From positions 56,420,001 to 56,484,000 of the forward strand of contig OX597817.1 of the NCBI GenBank assembly GCA_951406725.2: a stretch of 64,000 nt of DNA. Reading direction: 5' to 3'. Shown here in pieces: positions 14,095-26,527 of the stretch (positions are counted from its first letter, which is position 1; each line of letters opens with the position of its first letter). The stretch is from Octopus vulgaris (taxonomy: Eukaryota). The position numbers were made by a program, and so were the translations under genes. The notes beneath the pieces are model-generated. The model had not been told where the DNA came from and searched no databases. It saw nothing but the letters and a program-made list of their open reading frames with translations.

Positions 14095-14220
14095 GCTGAG
14101 CGAACTGGAGCAGCGTGAAATATCGGGGTTTGCTGAGGAACACAACGCGCTGTCGGGAATGGATCTCATGATCTTACGATCGCGAGGCGAATACCCTAAC
14201 CACTTAGCCACGTGACTTCG
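14095..14220 (-). mobile_element. diverged tRNA-SINE head
   Basis: TGGCTAAGTGG A box; similar to 42165-42452 and 19050-19312. Confidence 0.65.
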
Positions 14221-14308
14221 CAACTCGGAAATTATTATTAGAAAATCAAGAAAATTGCAGCAAAGCTGTATAAAAGTGGTGTCACACATGCGCGCGCTAC
14301 CTTTCTAC

Positions 14309-14403
<95 letters not shown>

Positions 14404-14543
14404 TCTGTCTCTGTGTGTTTGTGTGTGTATTACTATGAAGTTTCTTTCTCCTTGTTTAATTTCAAATTGAAACTTCTAATCCCATCGAATCGTGTGAAGT
14501 AATCATCTCCCTTGTACTAAGGTTGCATTCCCGTGCATAGTGC

Positions 14544-14636
<93 letters not shown>

Positions 14637-14752
14637 AGTGTGTATGCATATATATATATAGAGAGAGAGAGATGGATAGATCGATCAATCGATAGACAGA
14701 TCGATTGATAGAAGATAGATAAATAGATAGATAGATAGATAGATAGATAGAC

Positions 14753-14835
<83 letters not shown>

Positions 14836-14852
14836 CATACTGACAGACAGAC

Positions 14853-14932
<80 letters not shown>

Positions 14933-16032
14933 TGATGGACAGACAGGCAGATAGGCAGCCAGACAGATAGACTGAGAGATAGAGTGATAGGTAGGTAGAT
15001 AGACAGGTAGGTAGATTTCTATGTATATACAAATATGTGTGCAGCGCGTGTGTTTGTGTCTGTTCTTCTCTCCTTTTATCCGTTTTCTTTCTCTCTTGCT
15101 TTCACTCTCCCCTTCTCTCTCTCCCTTCTTTGCTCTCTCTCTCTATTCTTTTTGTCTACTTTGGTAATTACATCTAATCACCTGTGTCGTCACAGACACC
15201 ACAGGCCATCCCTCCCGGACTCGCAAACACTTCTGCCATTCCTTACTCCTGGGTGGAAAAAATTTTCTCGACACAAAGGCAGGATTAGAACTCAGATTGC
15301 AAACAGTCAGAACAAGTACCGCGAGACATTCTATCCAATGCATTCGCCACCTCTTCCCACTACTCTCATTAGACACCTAATGCGTCTAAATACGCTTTCA
15401 ACATTAAACCATCTTAACTCTCCATAACATACTCTCCCTCTCTCCTCTCTTTACTTACCCCCACCCCCACGCCTTGTCTTAAATATCATCCCTTTCTTCA
15501 CTCTCTCCTTTTACTCTCTATCTCTCAGAATTTTCACCCTCTACAACTTCCTCATAAACTTTCCTTCCCACCTATCCTTTCGCATCTTTCACTCTCCTAG
15601 GATCCACTTCGCTTATCCCCCGTTTCACATAGAACTCTCCAATCTTCTACCTCTCCATCACAGGGAGATACAAATGATAATAAATGTGCAAATCTAAGAC
15701 TATTCCTTCACTTCCACATCTGTAAATAACAAAGCAACGTTCCAGCGCCACACTGCGTGCTGAATAAAATTCCTTCTTGCTCTCCTTACGACATCCGGGT
15801 TCCCTTCTCTCCCTACTCTTCCCCCACCACATCTCTCTGAGGGAGCAGACGATGTAACAACACATGTTTCTAATATAAACAACACAGCCACGTTCAAATC
15901 CAGGATTTTGTGGTTTGTAACATTCTCTTTGCCCTCCCTTACTACGCGTCCCCTTCTTCACTTCTCTCTTTCTCTCCTTCCTTTCTCCTTTCTTCTCTTG
16001 TCTCTCACTCCCTGTATTTCTCTCTCACCTTC

Positions 16033-16105
<73 letters not shown>

Positions 16106-16127
16106 GAACATATATATGTATATATAT

Positions 16128-16203
<76 letters not shown>

Positions 16204-16225
16204 GTATATGTATATATATATGGAT

Positions 16226-16292
<67 letters not shown>

Positions 16293-16415
16293 TGTCTTAC
16301 TCACTCTCTGAGATTCTCACTGAGCAACATTCAACATTAAGATTTCCAATCTTAAAACTTAAAAACTTCACAAACTCAGTCTCTGAATCCCCCAACATTC
16401 TCTCTCTCTTTTTTA

Positions 16416-16446
<31 letters not shown>

Positions 16447-16629
16447 GCTCTCTCTCTCTCTCTCTCTCTCTCTAACTTTCTTTTTGATTGTTCTTTAAAT
16501 ATCTCATCAATTCCTGTATTTGTCTCTGATTCTCTTCTTGGCTTCACCGCTGTCTGTCTATTTATCTATCTATCTATTTATTTATCTATCTATCTATTTT
16601 TCTATCTGTCTATCTACAGAGTTTTTTTG

Positions 16630-16768
16630 CATGTGGTAAGAGGCCTGCTTCCCAATCACATGGTTCCGAGTTCAGACCCACTGAGTGGCAGCTTGAGCAA
16701 GTATCTTCGTTTTTAGCCTCGGGCCACCAAAGCCTTGTGAGTGGATTTGAAACTGAAAGAAACTCGTC

Positions 16769-16770
<2 letters not shown>
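16630..16770 (+). mobile_element. diverged SINE family A head
   Basis: TGTGGTAAG...GAGTTCAGACCCACTG...GTGAGTGGATTTG. Confidence 0.75.
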
Positions 16771-16805
<35 letters not shown>

Positions 16806-17043
16806 GTGTACATGTAAACACAAAGAGAGGTGAGCCTCATCAGGTCGCCTTACTTTATAGAAGGAACACACAAAAGTCCACAGCTAAGAGCAATTTCGAA
16901 GGGAATGAAAAATAAAAACATTTACCATGTTTTACAGTCGGACCTTAGGTTTCGAACTTTAATTAACAAATAAAATATTTTGCAAGGCGAAGTACACCAA
17001 ACATTAATATATATAATTAGGGACAAAATAACACGTATATACA

Positions 17044-17075
<32 letters not shown>

Positions 17076-17113
17076 AAGAATATAAAGAATCTTGCAAACC
17101 AAATCCAAAGGCG

Positions 17114-17147
<34 letters not shown>

Positions 17148-17149
17148 TC

Positions 17150-17566
17150 AATACTCTTTTACTCTTTTACTTGTTTCAGTCATTTGACTGCGGCCATGCT
17201 GGAGCACCGCCTTTAGTCGAGCAAATCGACCCCGGGACTTATTCTTTGTAAGCCCAGTACTTATTCTATCGGTCTCTTTTGCCGAACCGCTAAGTGACGG
17301 GGACGTAAACACACCAGCATCAGTTGTCAAGCAATGCTAGAGGGACAAACACAAACACACACACACACACACACACACACATATTTATATATATACATAT
17401 ATACGACAGGCTTCTTTCAGTTTCCGTCTACCAAATCCACTCACAAGGTATTGGTCGGCCCGGGGCTATAGCAGAAGACACTTGCCCAAGATGCCACGCA
17501 GTGGGACTGAACCCGGAACCATGTGGTTTGTTAGCAAGTTACTTACCACACAGCCACTCCTGCGTC
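17150..17566 (-). mobile_element. full-length SINE family A
   Basis: A/B boxes, internal microsatellite, (AAAGAGT)n-like tail. Confidence 0.92.
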
Positions 17567-17725
<159 letters not shown>

Positions 17726-18178
17726 AAGAGAGAGAACAAATTTCAAAGGTGAAGTATTAGCTGGCCCATACCAACCTATATTTTCTCGAAACGGCCGTCG
17801 GACTTTGCCTCTGCTCAAGATTCCTTTTAAAATCATTTTCTACCAACTTTCTCATATAATTGGATTACCGCTATCCATTCATCATCCGCATATTTTAATA
17901 TCCTCATTGATTTTAATACGGACCTACAACCTCGCAAGTGCATATATTTATGTTTATATTTATATTTTTATATTATATCATGTATACATGAGTGCAGCCA
18001 TGTATGTTGTGGAGTATTTCGATGCTTTGAAATACATTGAGTGAATATGAACACAGACCTTTGAAGTTTGTTCACTCTTTCTTGGCTTTATATTCCTGAG
18101 GTTCTATTAGAGTGCTAATAGTTGTGTTGCATAAGGGGATAATTATCCTATTTATTTTTTCATTATATATATATATTT

Positions 18179-18449
<271 letters not shown>

Positions 18450-18514
18450 CGTATATATATACATATACATATATATATATCGTTTTGCAAGATTCTTGAA
18501 GTGAATTCGTGTGT

Positions 18515-18710
18515 TGTAACAGATATTGTTGTATTTGGGGATGGTCATCTTGCCAGTTTAGCCAATGAAAACACACGCACTATACATTTGGTGTTCACTT
18601 GCTTCAGCTATATTTTATGAAGCAAGTAAACACCAAATATACAGTGCGTATGTTTTTATTGGCTAAACTGGCAAGATGACCATCCCCAAATAAAACAATG
18701 TATTTTTACA
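18515..18710. repeat. long inverted repeat (~85-90 bp arms, 11 nt loop)
   Basis: 18525-18606 is the reverse complement of 18618-18699 with a few mismatches. Confidence 0.9.
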
Positions 18711-18750
18711 TATATATGTATTCATATGTAGCCCATTTATCTTTTCATTT

Positions 18751-18809
<59 letters not shown>

Positions 18810-18815
<6 letters not shown>

Positions 18816-18983
18816 CTGTATTTGTCCCTCCACCATCGCTTGACAACAGTTATTGGTATGTTTACGTCCCATAACTTAGCGGTTCAGCACAAGATTCCGA
18901 TAGAGTAAGTAGTGGGATCAATTTGTTCGACTAAAAGCGGTGCTCCAGCATGGCCGCAGTCAGATCGCTGAAGCAAATAAAAG
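18810..18983 (+). mobile_element. SINE family A 3' half
   Basis: GCGGTGCTCCAGCATGGCCGCAGTC tail. Confidence 0.8.
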
Positions 18984-19049
18984 AATATATATGCACACGC
19001 ACACACATGCATATATATGTGTGTATATATACGTTTGTAAACGGTAAAC

Positions 19050-19312
19050 GGGTTAAGAATCCCTTCGGTCATGAATGACCATGGGATTGCACCTAGAAAG
19101 TTCCCCTCCGAGGCACAAGTCCGGGGAAGGTGGTTTGTGAAAGACCAGCAGTCTCTCATCCATATCAGCTTCCCCTCTCCACGCCACAGATGCTATCCAA
19201 AGAAAAGGCAAATGGGCCGATACAGGTTGGCACCTGTGACGTCACAACTCATTTCTACAGCTGAGTGAACTGGAGCAACGTGAAATAAAGTGTCTTGCTC
19301 AAGAACACAACA
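19050..19312 (-). mobile_element. SINE family C body
   Basis: Reverse-complement match to 23507-23720. Confidence 0.75.
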
Positions 19313-19317
19313 CACGC

Positions 19318-19384
<67 letters not shown>

Positions 19385-19387
<3 letters not shown>

Positions 19388-19806
19388 TCTTTTACTCTTT
19401 TACTTGTTTCAGTCATTTGACTGCGGCCATGCTGGAGCACCGCCTTTAATCGAGCAACCCGACCCCGGGACTCATTCTTTTGTAAGCCCAGTACTTATTC
19501 TATCGGTCTCTTTTGCCGAACCGCTAAGTAACGGGGACATAAACACACCAGCATCGGTTGTCAAGCAATGCTAGGGGGACAAACATACACGCACACACAC
19601 ATATACATATATATACATATATACGACGGGCTTCTTTTAGTTTCCGTCTACCAAATCCACTCACAAGGCTTTGGTCGGCCCGAGGCTATAGTAGAAGACA
19701 CTTGCCCAAGGTGCCACGCAGTGGGACTGAACCCGGAACCATGTGGTTGGTAAACAAGCTACTTACCACACAGCCACTCCTGCGCCTATAGCCACTCCTG
19801 CGCCTA
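19385..19806 (-). mobile_element. full-length SINE family A with duplicated 5' tip
   Basis: Family A match; AGCCACTCCTGCGCCTATA occurs twice in tandem. Confidence 0.92.
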
Positions 19807-19901
19807 TATATTAATATTATCAAAGGGTAATCAGAAATGTTAGAAATTTCTATTACCAGTGGCCGAGTGTGTAAATAGACTATATATTATTCGTATAATT
19901 A

Positions 19902-20153
19902 CAGTGTGCATTTAAACACATAAGAGGCATCCATCATAGGACTCCTTGCACGCTAGAGAGAACAGTTAAATTCCAAACCACTATTAGGGATAAACTTTCG
20001 AAGGGAATGAAAACTAAAAGAGCAAGATGGTAAATGTTTTTATTTTTCATTCCCTTCGAAATTTTATCCCTAATAGTGGTTTGGAACTTAACTGTCCTCT
20101 CTAGCGTGCAAGGAGTCCTATGATAGATGCCTCTTAGGTGTTTCAATGTACAC
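19902..20153. repeat. long inverted repeat (~115 bp arms)
   Basis: 19902-20018 is the reverse complement of about 20037-20153; part of it matches 16893-16930. Confidence 0.9.
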
Positions 20154-20187
20154 TATATATATATATATATATATATGGGGAGGGTGC

Positions 20188-20221
<34 letters not shown>

Positions 20222-20540
20222 ATGTATGTATGTATGTATGTATGTATGTATGTATGTATAAATGATACACACACGCATACAAGTAGGCGCGCGCACACAC
20301 AAGTTGATACGCCACTGCACTTTGTTTTTCGTAGTATCAGATCTAACAAACGATTTGCCTATTTGAAAAAATGTACTATTCTTCTAAAAAGTTCCTGGAA
20401 AGCAAGAAAGTAGTTCAATCTTTTATCTCTCCGTGGACAGAGAAAATTAAGATCAATGGGACTAATCTTTATTCTTCTATGACTGTCATCAGGAAAATAA
20501 TACTCACCTTCTATCATCAGAGTAATTAGTAGATTACAGT

Positions 20541-20865
20541 GGAGGCGCAATGGCCCAGTGGTTAGGGCAGCAGGCTCACGGTCGTAGGATCGTGGTTTCA
20601 ATTCCCTCACCGAGCGTTGTGAGTGTTTATTGAGCGAAAACACCTAAAGCTCCAAGAGGCGAACCCCGCTGTACTCTTTCACCACAACTTTCTATCACTG
20701 TTCCTGTTTGTTGTACTTGTATTTCAAATTGCCAGCCTTGTCACACTCTGTGTCACATTAAATCTCCACTGAGAACTACTTCAAAGGTACACGTGTCTGT
20801 AGAGTGAGTGCTTAGCCACTTGCACGTTAATTTCACGAGCGGGCTGTTCCGTTGCTCGGATCAAC
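20541..20865 (+). mobile_element. tRNA-derived SINE family D
   Basis: GGAGGCGCAATGGCCCAGTGGTTAGGGC head, GGTTTCAATTCC B box; same head at 46845-47033 (-). Confidence 0.8.
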
Positions 20866-21424
20866 AGTAGTTTATAATCTAAACTGATCTGGCCAACTTG
20901 TATGACTGTCTTTTTTTGGTGTGCTAAGAACGTGACTAAAATGCTTAATACTTTAATACTTAATGCACTCCACAGCATTATTTGGATAATTCAAAATATA
21001 AGGTACAACATGCAGTCCTGGACTAACTGCAAACAGTAAGCAAATGTTGTGTATCTCCCATTTGGATATTCAACATTCGCTCTCTTTTTGATGAATGTAT
21101 TTGATGACCTCAAACAAAATGGTTTTATCCCGAGATAAAACGTTATGCTGTTAGCATTTTGTCTGCTTTTCACGGTGATACTAAATTTCTGTTTGTCAAA
21201 AAATGTACAGCTTCTTTTATATTATCAAGTGCGCATAATCCATCGCGGTGGCGCTCGATAATCAATGACTTTTTTATCATACTAGAAACGAATATGTTAA
21301 TTTGAAGTTTATTTCAAGGATATTGTTTTTGGCTTCATCTTTTATTGTTTGCCTGTTTTCCCTCATTGGACTTTGGCCATGCTGGGGTACCATATATAGT
21401 AACATATATACATTCATATATATA

Positions 21425-21583
21425 AAGGCGCAAACATGACAGTGAGGTAAAAAGCTTGCTTCCCAACCACATGGTTCCGTGTTCAGTCCCACTGTGTGAC
21501 ACCTTGTCTTCTAGTATAGCATCGGGCCGACCAAGAGCCGTGTGAGTAGATTTGGTTGACGAAAACTGAAAGAAACTCGTCGT
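21425..21583 (+). mobile_element. diverged SINE family A head
   Basis: Family A similarity. Confidence 0.7.
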
Positions 21584-21812
21584 ATATATATATAATAGTG
21601 TAATAAATAAAATATATGCATACATACATATATGTACGTACCTACATCTACATGTATATATACATGCATATATAAATATATATACGTGAGTACAGGACAC
21701 CACAAATAGACGCAGAACTCAACGAGAACGAAAACGTAAAAACAAGCATGGAACGAACCTTTTTTTTTACAAAGAAAAAACAGAGTACTAGACAAACTAC
21801 ACAAGGAAAAAT

Positions 21813-21886
21813 CCCCTTCATCAGCTGTCCCTAGTTCAACTCCAGCGTGTTTCAAAGGTGAGGACAGAACACGACTCGTCGAACTA
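21813..21886 (-). ncRNA. putative non-circularly permuted hammerhead ribozyme
   Basis: CGTGT-T-CTGTCCT-ca-CCTTT-GAA-ACACG-linker-GGGACAG-CTGATGA-AGGGG; all three helices and all core nucleotides present. Confidence 0.65.
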
Positions 21887-22328
21887 ACCCTTCCTGCGAA
21901 GAAATTAAAGGAAATTACTTCGCAGAGGGGTAAAAACAAGGAAAGAACAAAATGTGACACAAACAGGAGGTAAAAATGATACAAATAAAATTACAAAATA
22001 AAATACAAAATAAAGTACAAAATAAAAATACAATTACAAAAAAATACAATACAAGAAATAAAAACACACAAGAAAACAACCAAAGAGGGCCTTTTTTGCC
22101 TAGACGAGTAGAGATTCAAGGAGCGCAAGAAAACCGTGTGTTTACAGTTAGAAGGCCGCATGCAAAAGGAAGTATTTGGCCGGCTGTGAGAGAGATGAGG
22201 AGTGAGAGAGAGAGAGATAGAGGAAGACAAACGGCTGTGAGAGAGATGAGGAGGAGTGAGAGAGAGAGAGAGAAAGTGAGAGAAGGGAAGGTTAAGCAAA
22301 GAGGTATAGGGTTTCGCGTCATAATCAT

Positions 22329-22446
22329 ATATAAAAACTGTACTGGGAGAAGAAGAAGAAACGAAACGAAACCGCCTTCGCATCGAATCGATTCGATTCG
22401 TTCCGTTTCGTTTCGTTTCTTCTTCTTCTTCTCCCAGGTGAGTTTT

Positions 22447-22454
<8 letters not shown>
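22329..22454. repeat. short fold-back with (GAA)n/(GAAAC)n arms
   Basis: GGGAGAAGAAGAAGAAACGAAACGAAAC...GTTTCGTTTCGTTTCTTCTTCTTCTTCTCCC with inner palindrome ATCGAATCGATTCGAT. Confidence 0.85.
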
Positions 22455-22493
<39 letters not shown>

Positions 22494-22559
22494 TATTTTT
22501 TTCAGAATAAGATAAAAAATCCAAGGCTGAGAAGATTTTAGAACATTTATAAATAGAAG

Positions 22560-22607
22560 GTCTTACAGCTGTTTCCAGGATATTTGTTATATCCCTTCAT
22601 CGGAGAC
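22560..22607 (-). ncRNA. type I hammerhead ribozyme (U4C core)
   Basis: gtct-CCGATGA-a-gggatat-aacaa-atatcct-g-GAAAC-AGCT-GTA-agac. Confidence 0.75.
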
Positions 22608-23200
22608 GGTGTGAGAGGATGGTTAAGTAATAGTTAATTTAGATACGATACGAAATAGAGAGTGAAGTGGGGAAATAAAAGTAGATGTGAGATATGCAGG
22701 GATATTCCATTTGTAGATCCATTATTTAGGCAGAATGGTATACATATAAGATTCCAATATCTTGTGAGTAAATTCCAAAACAGGAAGATAGGAATAAAGG
22801 AAGAGAAAAAAAAGAGAAGAAAAAATGGAAGAGAGGAATAAAGTTTTTCTTTTTTCTTCTGTTTTTCTTCTGTTTTTTTCTTCTCTTTTTTCTCTTTATT
22901 CCTCTCTTCCTATTTTCGATTTGACCTTACAAAAACATTCCCTACTTTTAGGTCACTTTAAATAAAACCCTCGATTCAATAGCACAGTGTACAAACTCTA
23001 TAACTGGAATAACCAATTTTAAATAATATGGGAATTTACTCACAAGATATTGGAATCTTATATGTATACCATTCTGCCTAAATAATGGATCTATAAACGC
23101 AATATCCCTGCATATCTCACATCTATTTTCATTCTTCCCCTTCACTCTCTATTTCGTATCTTATCTAAATTAACTATTGCTTAACCATTTTCTCACACCC

Positions 23201-23245
23201 TCTCCGATGAAGGATATAATAAATATCCCGGAAACAGCTGTAAGA
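23201..23245 (+). ncRNA. type I hammerhead ribozyme (U4C core)
   Basis: tct-CCGATGA-a-ggatat-aataa-atatcc-cg-GAAAC-AGCT-GTA-aga. Confidence 0.7.
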
Positions 23246-23461
23246 CCTATTTATAAATGTTCTAAAATCTTCACTGCGTTGAATTTTTATCTCATTCTAA
23301 AAAAAAAAATTTTATATATACACATGCTGATATATGATCTACGTTGACCTCCTCATTCGTATAATAACAGAACCTGGAGCTTTAACTATGCTCTGTCCAT
23401 AGCGCTTACTCAACATTACCTGACACCTTTGGGCCTCATTGACACCATTACCTCTCATAAC

Positions 23462-23506
<45 letters not shown>

Positions 23507-23510
<4 letters not shown>

Positions 23511-23720
23511 CTCCGCTGTAGAAATGAGTTGTGACGTCACTGGTGCCAAGCTGTATCGACCTTTGTCTTTCCCTTGGATAACACTGGTGGCGTAGAGAGG
23601 GGAGGCTGGTATGCATGGGCGACTGCTGGTCTTCCATAAACAACCTCGCCCGGACTTGTGTCTAGGAGGGTAACTTTCTAGGTGCAATCCCATGGTCTGT
23701 GTCGTGACCGAAGGGGGTCT
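23507..23720 (+). mobile_element. SINE family C body
   Basis: Matches 19050-19270 in reverse. Confidence 0.75.
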
Positions 23721-23727
23721 CCGATAT

Positions 23728-23783
<56 letters not shown>

Positions 23784-23822
23784 ATATATATACTTTATAA
23801 GCAGCAGAAAATTCAACAAAAC

Positions 23823-23860
23823 CTGTTACTCTGAGTTTCACGTTCCCATTCGTCGGACAG
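23823..23860 (-). ncRNA. minimal type I hammerhead (U4C core)
   Basis: ctgt-CCGACGA-atg-ggaa-cgt-GAAA-ctc-a-gag-TA-acag. Confidence 0.72.
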
Positions 23861-23872
23861 TTTTTGCAAAAA

Positions 23873-23910
23873 CTGTCCGACGAACGGGAACGTGAAACTC
23901 AGAGTAACAG
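23873..23910 (+). ncRNA. minimal type I hammerhead (U4C core)
   Basis: ctgt-CCGACGA-acg-ggaa-cgt-GAAA-ctc-a-gag-TA-acag. Confidence 0.78.
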
Positions 23911-24256
23911 GTTTTGTTGAATTTTCTGCTGCTTTAAATAAAGCATATTACTCTACCACTGGTATTTGAGTACTCTTTTTTCCACCTTTTTTCATATTTA
24001 TGTGTTTACTCCGGTATATATATATATACACGTCAACATGACTACAACTAGCTCAGATATCTAGAAAATATTTACATGTGACAATTACATGTGCTTGTGA
24101 CCGCGATGGAGCAACACGTAACTGTGGTTAGCGCATGTCTACTTGTTAATCTTTTCGCTATTTTAAATTATGAGACTGTTCCTCATAAATTCTCATCAAC
24201 TGAAAGCCCTTCGTCGAAGGACCATCTTCATCTTATATGAATATATTTCCCTTTAA

Positions 24257-24287
<31 letters not shown>

Positions 24288-24491
24288 TTGTGACTGTGGT
24301 GTTGGTGTCAGGAGCGACTTTTGATTGTGATAATTGTTCTCCTCCTACTGTTGTTGTTGGTGTTGTTGTTGTTGTTATTGGTGGTGGTGGTGGTGGTGGT
24401 GGTGGTGGTGGTGGTGGTGGTGGTGGTGGTGGTGGTTGTGGTGGTGCTTAGCCTCAGGTCTGCCCTGATCGATTCCACTCACGAAGATCCA

Positions 24492-24666
24492 AGGCTTATT
24501 CTTTGTAATCCTAGTACTCATTCTATCGTTCTCTTTTGCCGAACCGCTGAGTTATGGGAACGTAAGCACACCACCATCGGTTGTCAAGCGATGTTGGGGT
24601 GGGGGATAAACACAGTCACACAAACATACACACATACACACACACACAGACACACACACACACACA

Positions 24667-24734
<68 letters not shown>

Positions 24735-24895
24735 ACATATATACGACGGATTTCTTTCAGTTTCCGTCTACCAAATCCACTCACAAGGCTTTGGTTGGCC
24801 CGAGGCTACAGTAGAAGACACATGCCCAAGGTGCGCCACGGAGTGGGACTGAACCCGGAACCATGTGGTTGGCAAGCAAGCTACTTACCACACAA
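24492..24895 (-). mobile_element. SINE family A
   Basis: Family match. Confidence 0.85.
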
Positions 24896-25237
24896 GACTG
24901 TGATTTTAAAGATATTTTAAAGCTACTATTTCCAGCAGATCGAAGAACCACCCACAAGCTCCGTCGCAGCAACATTTACTGAAAAAAAATAAAAAGCAAA
25001 CTTACAACATATTCTGTTGTCCTTCAAAATTAAAAAGACATATTGGGGATGTAGTCCATGGTGAGCTATGACTGAAAAGATTTCAAGGCTATAGAAGGGT
25101 TGTCTTTGAATAGAAATTTCCTGAATCTACACGTTTATTTTACACTTTCTCTCTCTCTCCCTCACTCTCTCTCTCTCTTTCTCTCTCTCTATCTTTCATA
25201 TTTCGCTTTCTCTATATATATCTGTTTTTCTTTTTCT

Positions 25238-25275
<38 letters not shown>

Positions 25276-25645
25276 AACACATACACCCACCCACACACAC
25301 TCATAAAACCACCACCCACGCATATCTGCAACACACCTACAATCAGTTCTCTCATTCTCTCGCTATCCCTCTCTCCCTCTCTCTCACACACACACAGAGA
25401 AACGCATACATACATAGCCGCATTTATATGCGTGTGGGCGCTTGCATACACACGCATACATATAAATGCATATCTATATAAACACATATAAATACACGTA
25501 TATACTATATTCATATATGTGTGTGTGTGTGTATGTCCATAGGTGTGTGAACAAGTATGTGTGTATATAATGACATACCGACAGATATACACGTCTTTAC
25601 ACACATCGACTGCAGCATGTGAAAGCAAAAATTTGCCCAAACAAT

Positions 25646-26234
<589 letters not shown>

Positions 26235-26489
26235 CATGTATATATATATATGAGTGTGTGTGTGTGTGTGTGTGTATATACCCAAACAGACATATATGCA
26301 TATATATATATGCACACACATATACATATATACACCCATACATACAATAAACATACCGTATTCCCATAGCCATACATAGCCATACATACGCATAACGTCT
26401 GTACCGCTATCTTAAGTAACACACTCCGCGCCCAAGCAGTCACTACTGCCACCCTCTCCCTCTCTCTTCTCTCTTCCTCTCACTCTCCA

Positions 26490-26527
<38 letters not shown>

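Larger units (their letters stand above)
22485..23320. mobile_element. Penelope-like element remnant with ~290 bp inverted termini
   Basis: 22485-22776 is the reverse complement of 23031-23320; HHR in each arm; KILESYMYTILPK* resembles the GIY-YIG C-terminal ILES..I...P.LN motif. Confidence 0.75.
23799..24014 (+). mobile_element. hammerhead-containing palindromic mini-element in (TA)n
   Basis: 136 bp spacerless palindrome (one mismatch) plus ~80 bp tail. Confidence 0.85.

Noticed and set aside
15650-15905. Possible Tx1-type endonuclease N-terminal remnant on the minus strand ([13 protein letters not shown]...VALL)
   Set aside because: Too diverged to support by eye.
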